This document shows positions 45,321-60,700 of a stretch of 64,000 nt of DNA, piece after piece. Every line of letters begins with the position of its first letter. Within the stretch, counting starts at the first letter, position 1. The notes beneath the pieces were generated by a model. That model was not told where the DNA came from and did no database searches. It saw nothing but the letters and a program-made list of their open reading frames with translations. The position numbers and the translations under genes are program-made. Source of the DNA: Eledone cirrhosa (lineage: Eukaryota); assembly GCA_964016885.1 (NCBI GenBank), contig OZ024742.1, forward strand, positions 292,764,001 to 292,828,000, read 5' to 3'.

Positions 45321-48300
45321 ACTATACTGTGTCAAGGTGATAGCTTAATAGATATATCTGGTCATAAACACAACTATACTGTGTCAAGGTGATAGCTTAA
45401 TAGATATATCTGGTCATAAACACAACTATGTTACTGAGTCAAGGTGATAGCTTAATAGATATATCTGGTCATAAACACAACTATACTGTGTCAAGGTGAT
45501 AGCTTAATAGATATATCTGGTCATAAACACAACTATATTACTGAGTCAAAGTGATAGCTTAATAGATATATCTAGTCATAAACCAACTATATTACTGAGT
45601 CAAGGTGATAGCTTAATAGATATATCTAGTCATAAACACAACTATATTACTGAGTCAAGGTGATAGCTTAATAGATAAATCTAGTCATAAACACAACTAT
45701 ACTGAGTCAAGGTGATAGCTTAATAGATATATCTAGTCATAAACCCAACTATATTACTGAGTCAAGGTGATAGCTTAATAGATATATCTAGTCATAAACA
45801 AACTATATTATTGAGTCAAGGTGATAGCTTAATAGATATATCTAGTCATAAACACAACTCTATTACTGAGTCAAGGTGATAGCTTAATAGATATATCTGG
45901 TCATAAACACAACTATACTGTGTCAAGGTGATAGCTTAATAGATATATCAAGTCATAAACACAACTATATTCCTGAGTCAAGGTGATAGCTTAATAGATA
46001 TATCTAGTCATAAACACAACTATATTACTGAGTCAAGGTGATAGCTTAATAGATATATCTAGTCATAAACACAACTATGCTGAGTCAAGGTGATAGCTTA
46101 ATAGATATATCTGGTCATAAACACAACTATACTGAGTCAAGGTGATAGCTTAATAGATATATCTACTCATAAACACTACTATATTACTGAGTCAAGGTGA
46201 TAGCTTAATAGATATATCTAGTCATAAACACAACTATATTACTGAGTCAAGGTGATAGCTTAATAGATATATCTAGTCATAAACACAACTATATTACTGA
46301 GTCAAGGTGATAGCTTAATAGATATATCTAGTCATAAACACAACTATATTACTGAGTCAAGGTGATAGCTTAATAGATATATCTAGTCATCAACACAACT
46401 ATATTACTGAGTCAAGGTGATAGCTTAATAGATATATCTAGTCATAAACACAACTATATTACTGAGTCAAGGTGATAGCTTTATAGATATATCTGGTCAT
46501 AAACACAACTATACTGTGTCAAGGTGATAGCTTAATAGATATATCTGGTCATAAACACAACTATGTTACTGAGTCAAGGTGATAGCTTAATAGATATACC
46601 TGGTCATAAACACAACTATACTGTGTCAAGGTGATAGCTTAATAGATATATCTGGTCATAAACACAACTATATTACTGAGTCAAAGTGATAGCTTAATAG
46701 ATATATCTAGTCATAAACCAACTATATTACTGAGTCAAGGTGATAGCTTAATAGATATATCTAGTCATAAACACAACTATACTGAGTCAAGGTGATAGCT
46801 TAATAGATATATCTAGTCATAAACACAACTATATTAGTGAGTCAAGGTGATAGCTTGATAGATATATCTAGTCATAAACACAACTATATTACTGTGTCAA
46901 GGTGATAGCTTAATAGATATATCTAGTCATAAACACAACTATATTACTGAGTCAAGGTGGTAGCTTAATAGATATATCTAGTCATAAAACAACTATATTA
47001 CTGAGTCAAGGTGATAGCTTAATAGATATATCTAGTCATAAACACAACTATATTAGTGAGTCAAGGTGATAGCTTGATAGATATATCTAGTCATCAACAC
47101 AACTATATTACTGAGTCAAGGTGATGGCTTAATAGATATATCTAGTCATCAACACAACTATATTACTGAGTCAAGGTGATAGCTTAATAGATATATCTAG
47201 TCATAAACACAACTATATTACTGAGTCAAGGTGATAGCTTAATAGATATATCTGGTCATAAACACAACTATACTGTGTCAAGGTGATAGCTTAATAGATA
47301 TATCTGGTCATGAACACAACTATGTTACTGAGTCAAGGTGATAGATTAATAGATATATCTGGTCATAAACACAACTATACTGTGTCAAGGTGATAGCTTA
47401 ATAGATATATCTGGTCATAAACACAACTATATTACTGAGTCAAGGTGATAGCTTAATAGATATATCTAGTCATAAACACAACTATATTAGTGAGACAAGG
47501 TGATAGCTTAATAGATATATCTAGTCATCAACACAACTATATTACTGAGTCAAGGTGATAGCTTAATAGATATATCTAGTCATCAACACAACTATATTAC
47601 TGAGTCAAGGTGATAGCTTAATAGATATATCTAGTCATAAACACAACTATATTACTGAGTCAAGGTGATAGCTTAATAGATATATCTGGTCATAAACACA
47701 ACTATACTGTGTCAAGGTGATAGCTTAATAGATATATCTGGTCATAAACACAACTATACTGTGTCAAGGTGATAGCTTAATAGATATATCTGGTCATAAA
47801 CACAACTATGTTACTGAGTCAAGGTGATAGCTTAATAGATATATCTGGTCATAAACACAACTATACTGTGTCAAGGTGATAGCTTAATAGATATATCTGG
47901 TCATAAACACAACTATATTACTGAGTCAAAGTGATAGCTTAATAGATATATCTAGTCATAAACCAACTATATTACTGAGTCAAGGTGATAGCTTAATAGA
48001 TATATCTAGTCATAAACACAACTATATTACTGAGTCAAGGTGATAGCTTAATAGATAAATCTAGTCATAAACACAACTATACTGAGTCAAGGTGATAGCT
48101 TAATAGATATATCTAGTCATAAACCCAACTATATTACTGAGTCAAGGTGATAGCTTAATAGATATATCTAGTCATAAACCAACTATATTATTGAGTCAAG
48201 GTGATAGCTTAATAGATATATCTAGTCATAAACACAACTCTATTACTGAGTCAAGGTGATAGCTTAATAGATATATCTGGTCATAAACACAACTATACTG

Positions 48301-48680
48301 TGTCAAGGTGATAGCTTAATAGATATATCAAGTCATAAACACAACTATATTACTGAGTCAAGGTGATAGCTTAATAGATATATCTAGTCATAAACACAAC
48401 TATATTACTGAGTCAAGGTGATAGCTTAATAGATATATCTAGTCATAAACACAACTATGCTGAGTCAAGGTGATAGCTTAATAGATATATCTGGTCATAA
48501 ACACAACTATACTGAGTCAAGGTGATAGCTTAATAGATATATCTACTCATAAACACTACTATATTACTGAGTCAAGGTGATAGCTTAATAGATATATCTA
48601 GTCATAAACACAACTATATTACTGAGTCAAGGTGATAGCTTAATAGATATATCTAGTCATAAACACAACTATATTACTGA
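44000..48680 (+). repeat. Tandem duplication of ~2.33-2.38 kb
   Basis: GGTGGTAG 44632/46960 (offset 2328). ATATCAAGTC 45950/48330 and CTATGCTGAG 46071/48451 (offset 2380, one additional 52-mer). Confidence 0.82.
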
Positions 48681-51600
48681 GTCAAGGTGATAGCTTAATA
48701 GATATATCTAGTCATAAACACAACTATACTGAGTCAAGGTGATAGATTAATAGATATATCTGGTCATAAACACAACTATACTGAGTGAAGGTGATAGCTT
48801 AATAGATATATCTAGTCATAAACACAACTATATTACTGACTCAAGGTGATAGCTTAATAAATATATCTAGTCATAAACACAACTATATTACTGAGTCAAG
48901 GTGATAGCTTAATAGATATATCTAGTCATAAATACAACTATATTACTGATTCAAGGTGATAGCTTAATAGATATATCTAGTCATAAACACAACTATATTA
49001 CTGAGTCAAGGTGATAGCTTAATAGATATATCTGGTCATAAACACAACTCTACTGAGTCAAGGTGATAGCTTAATAGATATATCTAGTCATAAACACAAC
49101 TATATTACTGAGTCAAGGTGATAGCTTAATAGATATATCTAGTCATAAACACAACTATACGGAGTCAAGGTGATAGCTTAATAGATATATCTGGTCATAA
49201 ACACAACTATACTGAGTCAAGGTGATAGCTTAATAGATATATCTGGTCTTAAACACAACTATACTGTGTAAAGGTGATAGCTTAATAGATATATCTAGTC
49301 ATAAATACAACTATATTACTGTGTCAAGGTGATAGCTTAATAGATATATCTAGTCATAAACACAACTATATTACTGAGTCAAGGTGATAGCTTAATATAT
49401 ATATCTAGTCATAAACACAACTATATTACTGAGTCAAGGTGATAGCTTAATAGATATATCTAGTCATAAACACAACTATATTACTGAGTCAAGGTGATAG
49501 CTTAATAGATATATCTAGTCATAAACACAACTATAATACTGAGTCAAGGTGATAGCTTAATATATATATCTAGTCATAAACACAACTATACTGAGTCAAG
49601 GTGATAGCTTAATAGATATATCTGGTCATAAACACAACTATACTGAGTCAAGGTGATAGCTTAATAGATATATCTAGTCATAAACACAACTATATTACTG
49701 AGTCAAGGTGATAGCTTAATAGATATATCTAGTCATAAACACAACTATATTACTGAGTCAAGGTGATAGCTTAATAGATATATCTAGTCATAAACACAAC
49801 TATATATATTCAAGGTGATAGCTTAATAGATATATCTAGTCATAAACACAACTATATATATTCAAGGTGATAGCTTAATAGATATATCTAGTCATAAACA
49901 CAACTATATTACTGAGTCAAGGTGATAGCTTAATAGATATATCTAGTGATAAACACAACTATACTGAGTCAAGGTGATAGCTTAATAGATATATCTAGTC
50001 ATAAACACAACTATAATACTGAGTCAAGGTGATAGCTTAATATATATATCTAGTCATAAACACAACTATATTACTGAGTCAAGGTGATAGCTTAATAGAT
50101 ATATCTAGTCATAAACACAACTATATTACTGAGTCAAGGTGATAGCTTAATAGATATATCTAGTCATAAACACAACTATACTGAGTCAAGGTGATAGATT
50201 AATAGATATATCTGGTCATAAACACAACTATACTGAGTGAAGGTGATAGCTTAATAGATATATCTAGTCATAAACACAACTATATTACTGAGTCAAGGTG
50301 ATAGCTTAATGGATATATCTAGTCATAAACACAACTATACTGAGTCAAGGTGATAGATTAATAGATATATCTGGTCATAAACACAACTATACTGAGTGAA
50401 GGTGATAGCTTAATAGATATATCTAGTCATAAACACAACTATATTACTGAGTCAAGGTGATAGCTTAATGGATATATCTAGTGATAAACACAACTATACT
50501 GAGTCAAGGTGATAGCTTAATAGATATATCTGGTCATAAACACAAGTATACTGAGTCAAGGTGATAGCTTAATAGATATATCTAGTCATAAACACAACTA
50601 TATTACTGACTCAAGGTGATAGCTTAATAGATATATCTAGTCATAAACACAACTATATTACTGAGTCAAGGTGATAGCTTAATAGATATATCTAGTCATA
50701 AATACAACTATATTACTGATTCAAGGTGATAGCTTAATAGATATATCTAGTCATAAACACAACTATATTACTGAGTCAAGGTGATAGCTTAATATATATA
50801 TCTAGTCATAAACACAACTATATTACTGAGTCAAGGTGATAGCTTAATAGATATATCTAGTCATAAACACAACTATATTACTGAGTCAAGGTGATAGCTT
50901 AATAGATATATCTAGTCATAAACACAACTATAATACTGAGTCAAGGTGATAGCTTAATATATATATCTAGTCATAAACACAACTATACTGAGTCAAGGTG
51001 ATAGCTTAATAGATATATCTGGTCATAAACACAACTATACTGAGTCAAGGTGATAGCTTAATAGATATATCTAGTCATAAACCAACTATATTACTGAGTC
51101 AAGGTGATAGTTTAATAGATATATCTAGTCATAAACACAACTATATTACTGAGTCAAGGTGATAGCTTAATAGATATATCTAGTCATCAACACAACTATA
51201 TTACTGAGTCAAGGTGATAGCTTAATAGATATATCTAGTCATAAACACAACTATATTACTGAGTCAAGGTGATAGCTTTATAGATATATCTGGTCATAAA
51301 CACAACTATACTGTGTCAAGGTGATAACTTAATAGATATATCTGGTCATAAACACAACTATGTTACTGAGTCAAGGTGATAGCTTAATAGATATACCTGG
51401 TCATAAACACAACTATACTGTGTCAAGGTGATAGCTTAATAGATATATCTGGTCATAAACACAACTATATTACTGAGTCAAAGTGATAGCTTAATAGATA
51501 TATCTAGTCATAAACCAACTATATTACTGAGTCAAGGTGATAGCTTAATAGATATATCTAGTCATAAACATAACTATACTGAGTCAAGGTGATAGCTTAA

Positions 51601-51799
51601 TAGATATATCTAGTCATAAACAAAACTATATTAGTGAGTCAAGGTGATAGCTTGATAGATATATCTAGTCATCAACACAACTATATTACTGAGTCAAGGT
51701 GATGGCTTAATAGATATATCTAGTCATCAACACAACTATATTACTGAGTCAAGGTGATAGCTTAATAGATATATCTAGTCATAAACACAACTATATTAC

Positions 51800-54700
51800 T
51801 GAGTCAAGGTGATAGCTTAATAGATATATCTAGTCATAAACACAACTATATTACTGAGTCAAGGTGGTAGCTTAATAGATATATCTAGTCATAAACCAAC
51901 TATATTACTGAGTCAAGGTGATAGCTTAATAGATATATCTAGTCATAAACACAACTATATTAGTGAGTCAAGGTGATAGCTTGATAGATATATCTAGTCA
52001 TCAACACAACTATATTACTGAGTCAAGGTGATGGCTTAATAGATATATCTAGTCATCAACACAACTATATTACTGAGTCAAGGTGATAGCTTAATAGATA
52101 TATCTAGTCATAAACACAACTATATTACTGAGTCAAGGTGATAGCTTAATAGATATATCTGGTCATAAACACAACTATACTGTGTCAAGGTGATAGCTTA
52201 ATAGATATATCTGGTCATGAACACAACTATGTTACTGAGTCAAGGTGATAGATTAATAGATATATCTGGTCATAAACACAACTATACTGTGTCAAGGTGA
52301 TAGCTTAATAGATATATCTGGTCATAAACACAACTATATTACTGAGTCAAGGTGATAGCTTAATAGATATATCTAGTCATAAACACAACTATATTAGTGA
52401 GACAAGGTGATAGCTTAATAGATATATCTAGTCATCAACACAACTATATTACTGAGTCAAGGTGATAGCTTAATAGATATATCTAGTCATCAACACAACT
52501 ATATTACTGAGTCAAGGTGATAGCTTAATAGATATATCTAGTCATAAACACAACTATATTACCGAGTCAAGGTGATAGCTTAATAGATATATCTGGTCAT
52601 AAACACAACTATACTGTGTCAAGGTGATAGCTTAATAGATATATCTGGTCATAAACACAACTATACTGTGTCAAGGTGATAGCTTAATAGATATATCTGG
52701 TCATAAACACAACTATGTTACTGAGTCAAGGTGATAGCTTAATAGATATATCTGGTCATAAACACAACTATACTGTGTCAAGGTGATACCTTAATAGATA
52801 TATCTGGTCATAAACACAACTATATTACTGAGTCAAAGTGATAGCTTAATAGATATATCTAGTCATAAACCAACTATATTACTGAGTCAAGGTGATAGCT
52901 TAATAGATATATCTAGTCATAAACACAACTATATTACTGAGTCAAGGTGATAGCTTAATAGATAAATCTAGTCATAAACACAACTATACTGAGTCAAGGT
53001 GATAGCTTAATAGATATATCTAGTCATAAACCCAACTATATTACTGAGTCAAGGTGATAGCTTAATAGATATATCTAGTCATAAACCAACTATATTATTG
53101 AGTCAAGGTGATAGCTTAATAGATATATCTAGTCATAAACACAACTCTATTACTGAGTCAAGGTGATAGCTTAATAGATATATCTGGTCATAAACACAAC
53201 TATACTGTGTCAAGGTGATAGCTTAATAGATATATCAAGTCATAAACACAACTATATTACTGAGTCATGGTGATAGCTTAATAGATATATCTAGTCATAA
53301 ACACAACTAGATTACTGAGTCAAGGTGTTAGCTTAATAGATATATCTAGTCATAAACACAACTATATTACTGAGTCAAGGTGATAGCTTAATAGATGTAT
53401 CTGGTCATAAACACAACTATACTGAGTCAAGGTGATAGCTTAATAGATATATCTAGTCATAAACACGACTATATTACTGAGTCAAGGTGATAGCTTAATA
53501 GATATATCTAGTCATAAACACAACTATATTACTGAGTCAAGGTGATAGCTTAATAGATGTATCTGGTCATAAACACAACTATACTGAGTCAAGGTGATAG
53601 CTTAATTGATGTATCTGGTCATAAACACAACTATACTGAGTCAAGGTGATAGCTTAATAGATATATCTGGTCATAAACACAACTATACTGTGACAAGGTG
53701 ATAGCTTAATAGATATATCTAGTCATAAACACAACTATATTACTGAGTCAAGGTGATAGCTTACTAGATATATCTAGTCATAAACACAACTATATTACTG
53801 AGTCAAGGTGTTAGCTTAATAGATATATCTAGTCATAAACAGAACTATACTGAGTCAAGGTGATAGCTTAATAGATATATCTAGTCATAAACACAACTAT
53901 ATTACTGAGTCATGGAGGTAGCTTAATAGATATATCTAGTCATAAACACAACTATATTACTGAGTCAAGGTGATAGCTTAATAGATATATCTAGTCATAA
54001 ACACAACCATATTACTGATTTAAGGTGATAGCTTAATAGATATATCTAGTCATAAACACAACTATACTGAGTCAAGGTGATAGCTTAATAGATATATCTA
54101 GTCATAAACCAACTATATTACTGAGTCAAGGTGATAGCTTAATAGATATATCTAGTCATAAACACAACTATATTACTGAGTCAAGGTGATAGCTTAATAG
54201 ATATATCTAGTCATCAACACAACTATATTACTGAGTCAAGGTGATAGCTTAATAGATATATCTAGTCATAAACACAACTATATTACTGAGTCAAGGTGAT
54301 AGCTTTATAGATATATCTGGTCATAAACACAACTATACTGTGTCAAGGTGATAGCTTAATAGATATATCTGGTCATAAACACAACTATGTTACAGAGTCA
54401 AGGTGATAGCTTAATAGATATATCTGGTCATAGACACAACTATACTGTGTCAAGGTGATAGCTTAATAGATATATCTGGTCATAAACACAACTATATTAC
54501 TGAGTCAAAGTGATAGCTTAATAGATATATCTAGTCATAAACCAACTATATTACTGAGTCAAGGTGATAGCTTAATAGATATATCTAGTCATAAACACAA
54601 CTATACTGAGTCAAGGTGATAGCTTAATAGATATATCTAGTCATAAACACAACTATATTAGTGAGTCAAGGTGATAGCTTGATAGATATATCTAGTCATC

Positions 54701-57700
54701 AACACAACTATATTACTGAGTCAAGGTGATGGCTTAATAGATATATCTAGTCATCAACACAACTATATTACTGAGTCAAGGTGATAGCTTAATAGATATG
54801 TCTAGTCATAAACACAACTATATTACTGAGTCAAGGTGATAGCTTAATAGATATATCTAGTCATAAACACAACTATATTACTGAGTCAAGGTGGTAGCTT
54901 AATAGATATATCTAGTCATAAACCAACTATATTACTGAGTCAAGGTGATAGCTTAATAGATATATCTAGTCATAAACCCAACTATATTACTGAGTCAAGG
55001 TGATAGCTTAATAGATATATCTAGTCATAAACCAACTATATTATTGAGTCAAGGTGATAGCTTAATAGATATATCTAGTCATAAACACAACTCTATTACT
55101 GAGTCAAGGTGATAGCTTAATAGATATATCTGGTCATAAACACAACTATACTGTGTCAAGGTGATAGCTTAATAGATATATCAAGTCATAAACACAACTA
55201 TATTACTGAGTCATGGTGATAGCTTAATAGATATATCTAGTCATAAACACAACTAGATTACTGAGTCAAGGTGTTAGCTTAATAGATATATCTAGTCATA
55301 AACACAACTATATTACTGAGTCAAGGTGATAGCTTAATAGATGTATCTGGTCATAAACACAACTATACTGAGTCAAGGTGATAGCTTAATAGATATATCT
55401 AGTCATAAACACGACTATATTACTGAGTCAAGGTGATAGCTTAATAGATATATCTAGTCATAAACACAACTATATTACTGAGTCAAGGTGATAGCTTAAT
55501 AGATATATCTAGTCATAAACACAACCATATTACTGATTTAAGGTGATAGCTTAATAGATATATCTAGTCATAAACACAACTATACTGAGTCAAGGTGATA
55601 GCTTAATAGATATATCTAGTCATAAACCAACTATATTACTGAGTCAAGGTGATAGCTTAATAGATATATCTAGTCATAAACACAACTATATTACTGAGTC
55701 AAGGTGATAGCTTAATAGATATATCTAGTCATCAACACAACTATATTACTGAGTCAAGGTGATAGCTTAATAGATATATCTAGTCATCAACACAACTATA
55801 TTACTGAGTCAAGGTGATAGCTTAATAGATATATCTAGTCATAAACACAACTATATTACTGAGTCAAGGTGATAGCTTTATAGATATATCTGGTCATAAA
55901 CACAACTATACTGTGTCAAGGTGATAGCTTAATAGATATATCTGGTCATAAACACAACTATGTTACTGAGTCAAGGTGATAGCTTAATAGATATATCTGG
56001 TCATAGACACAACTATACTGTGTCAAGGTGATAGCTTAATAGATATATCTGGTCATAAACACAACTATATTACTGAGTCAAAGTGATAGCTTAATAGATA
56101 TATCTAGTCATAAACCAACTATATTACTGAGTCAAGGTGATAGCTTAATAGATATATCTAGTCATAAACACAACTATACTGAGTCAAGGTGATAGCTTAA
56201 TAGATATATCTAGTCATAAACACAACTATATTAGTGAGTCAAGGTGATAGCTTGATAGATATATCTAGTCATCAACACAACTATATTACTGAGTCAAGGT
56301 GATGGCTTAATAGATATATCTAGTCATCAACACAACTATATTACTGAGTCAAGGTGATAGCTTAATAGATATGTCTAGTCATAAACACAACTATATTACT
56401 GAGTCAAGGTAATAGCTTAATAGATATATCTAGTCATAAACACAACTATATTACTGAGTCAAGGTGGTAGCTTAATAGATATATCTAGTCATAAACCAAC
56501 TATATTACTGAGTCAAGGTGATAGCTTAATAGATATATCTAGTCATAAACACAACTATATTAGTGAGTCAAGGTGATAGCTTGATAGATATATCTAGTCA
56601 TCAACACAACTATATTACTGAGTCAAGGTGATGGCTTAATAGATATATCTAGTCATCAACACAACTATATTACTGAGTCAAGGTGATAGCTTAATAGATA
56701 TATCTAGTCATAAACACAACTATATTACTGAGTCAAGGTGATAGCTTAATAGATATATCTGGTCATAAACACAACTATACTGTGTCAAGGTGATAGCTTA
56801 ATAGATATATCTGGTCATGAACACAACTATGTTACTGAGTCAAGGTGATAGATTAATAGATATATCTGGTCATAAACACAACTATACTGTGTCAAGGTGA
56901 TAGCTTAATAGATATATCTGGTCATAAACACAACTATATTACTGAGTCAAGGTGATAGCTTAATAGATATATCTAGTCATAAACACAACTATATTAGTGA
57001 GACAAGGTGATAGCTTAATAGATATATCTAGTCATCAACACAACTATATTACTGAGTCAAGGTGATAGCTTAATAGATATATCTAGTCATCAACACAACT
57101 ATATTACTGAGTCAAGGTGATAGCTTAATAGATATATCTAGTCATAAACACAACTATATTACCGAGTCAAGGTGATAGCTTAATAGATATATCTGGTCAT
57201 AAACACAACTATACTGTGTCAAGGTGATAGCTTAATAGATATATCTGGTCATAAACACAACTATACTGTGTCAAGGTGATAGCTTAATAGATATATCTGG
57301 TCATAAACACAACTATGTTACTGAGTCAAGGTGATAGCTTAATAGATATATCTGGTCATAAACACAACTATACTGTGTCAAGGTGATACCTTAATAGATA
57401 TATCTGGTCATAAACACAACTATATTACTGAGTCAAAGTGATAGCTTAATAGATATATCTAGTCATAAACCAACTATATTACTGAGTCAAGGTGATAGCT
57501 TAATAGATATATCTAGTCATAAACACAACTATATTACTGAGTCAAGGTGATAGCTTAATAGATAAATCTAGTCATAAACACAACTATACTGAGTCAAGGT
57601 GATAGCTTAATAGATATATCTAGTCATAAACCCAACTATATTACTGAGTCAAGGTGATAGCTTAATAGATATATCTAGTCATAAACCAACTATATTATTG

Positions 57701-60700
57701 AGTCAAGGTGATAGCTTAATAGATATATCTGGTCATAAACACAACTATACTGTGTCAAGGTGATAGCTTAATAGATATATCAAGTCATAAACACAACTAT
57801 ATTACTGAGTCATGGTGATAGCTTAATAGATATATCTAGTCATAAACACAACTAGATTACTGAGTCAAGGTGTTAGCTTAATAGATATATCTAGTCATAA
57901 ACACAACTATACTGAGTCAAGGTGATAGCTTAATAGATATATCTAGTCATAAACACAACTATATTACTGAGTCAAGGTGATAGCTTAATAGATATATCTA
58001 GTCATAAACACAACTATATTACTGAGTCAAGGTGATAGCTTAATAGATGTATCTGGTCATAAACACAACTATACTGAGTCAAGGTGATAGCTTAATTGAT
58101 GTATCTGGTCATAAACACAACTATACTGTGACAAGGTGATAGCTTAATAGATATATCTAGTCATAAACACAACTATATTACTGAGTCAAGGTGATAGCTT
58201 ACTAGATATATCTAGTCATAAACACAACTATATTACTGAGTCAAGGTGTTAGCTTAATAGATATATCTAGTCATAAACAGAACTATACTGAGTCAAGGTG
58301 ATAGCTTAATAGATATATCTAGTCATAAACACAACTATATTACTGAGTCATGGAGGTAGCTTAATAGATATATCTAGTCATAAACACAACTATATTACTG
58401 AGTCAAGGTGATAGCTTAATAGATATATCTAGTCATAAACACAACCATATTACTGATTTAAGGTGATAGCTTAATAGATATATCTAGTCATAAACACAAC
58501 TATACTGAGTCAAGGTGATAGCTTAATAGATATATCTAGTCATAAACCAACTATATTACTGAGTCAAGGTGATAGCTTAATAGATATATCTAGTCATAAA
58601 CACAACTATATTACTGAGTCAAGGTGATAGCTTAATAGATATATCTAGTCATCAACACAACTATATTACTGAGTCAAGGTGATAGCTTAATAGATATATC
58701 TAGTCATAAACACAACTATATTACTGAGTCAAGGTGATAGCTTTATAGATATATCTGGTCATAAACACAACTATACTGTGTCAAGGTGATAGCTTAATAG
58801 ATATATCTGGTCATAAACACAACTATGTTACTGAGTCAAGGTGATAGCTTAATAGATATATCTGGTCATAGACACAACTATACTGTGTCAAGGTGATAGC
58901 TTAATAGATATATCTGGTCATAAACACAACTATATTACTGAGTCAAAGTGATAGCTTAATAGATATATCTAGTCATGAACCAACTATATTACTGAGTCAA
59001 GGTGATAGCTTAATAGATATATCTAGTCATAAACACAACTATACTGAGTCAAGGTGATAGCTTAATAGATATATCTAGTCATAAACACAACTATATTAGT
59101 GAGTCAAGGTGATAGCTTGATAGATATATCTAGTCATCAACACAACTATATTACTGAGTCAAGGTGATGGCTTAATAGATATATCTAGTCATCAACACAA
59201 CTATATTACTGAGTCAAGGTGATAGCTTAATAGATATGTCTAGTCATAAACACAACTATATTACTGAGTCAAGGTGATAGCTTAATAGATATATCTAGTC
59301 ATAAACACAACTATATTACTGAGTCAAGGTGGTAGCTTAATAGATATATCTAGTCATAAACCAACTATATTACTGAGTCAAGGTGATAGCTTAATAGATA
59401 TATCTAGTCATAAACACAACTATATTAGTGAGTCAAGGTGATAACTTGATAGATATATCTAGTCATCAACACAACTATATTACTGAGTCAAGGTGATGGC
59501 TTAATAGATATATCTAGTCATCAACACAACTATATTACTGAGTCAAGGTGATAGCTTAATAGATATATCTAGTCATAAACACAACTATATTACTGAGTCA
59601 AGGTGATAGCTTAATAGATATATCTGGTCATAAACACAACTATACTGTGTCAAGGTGATAGCTTAATAGATATATCTGGTCATGAACACAACTATGTTAC
59701 TGAGTCAAGGTGATAGATTAATAGATATATCTGGTCATAAACACAACTATACTGTGTCAAGGTGATAGCTTAATAGATATATCTGGTCATAAACACAACT
59801 ATATTACTGAGTCAAGGTGATAGCTTAATAGATATATCTAGTCATAAACACAACTATATTAGTGAGACAAGGTGATAGCTTAATAGATATATCTAGTCAT
59901 CAACACAACTATATTACTGAGTCAAGGTGATAGCTTAATAGATATATCTAGTCATCAACACAACTATATTACTGAGTCAAGGTGATAGCTTAATAGATAT
60001 ATCTAGTCATAAACACAACTATATTACTGAGTCAAGGTGATAGCTTAATAGATATATCTGGTCATAAACACAACTATACTGTGTCAAGGTGATAGCTTAA
60101 TAGATATATCTGGTCATAAACACAACTATATTACTGAGTCAAAGTGATAGCTTAATAGATATATCTAGTCATAAACCAACTATATTACTGAGACAAGGTG
60201 ATAGCTTAATAGATATATCTGGTCATAAACACAACTATACTGTGACAAGGTGATAGCTTAATAGATATATCTAGTCATAAACACAACTATATTACTGAGT
60301 CAAGGTGATAGCTTACTAGATATATCTAGTCATAAACACAACTATATTACTGAGTCAAGGTGTTAGCTTAATAGATATATCTAGTCATAAACAGAACTAT
60401 ACTGAGTCAAGGTGATAGCTTAATAGATATATCTAGTCATAAACACAACTATATTACTGAGTCATGGAGGTAGCTTAATAGATATATCTAGTCATAAACA
60501 CAACTATATTACTGAGTCAAGGTGATAGCTTAATAGATATATCTAGTCATAAACACAACCATATTACTGATTTAAGGTGATAGCTTAATAGATATATCTA
60601 GTCATAAACACAACTATACTGAGTCAAGGTGATAGCTTAATAGATATATCTAGTCATAAACCAACTATATTACTGAGTCAAGGTGATAGCTTAATAGATA

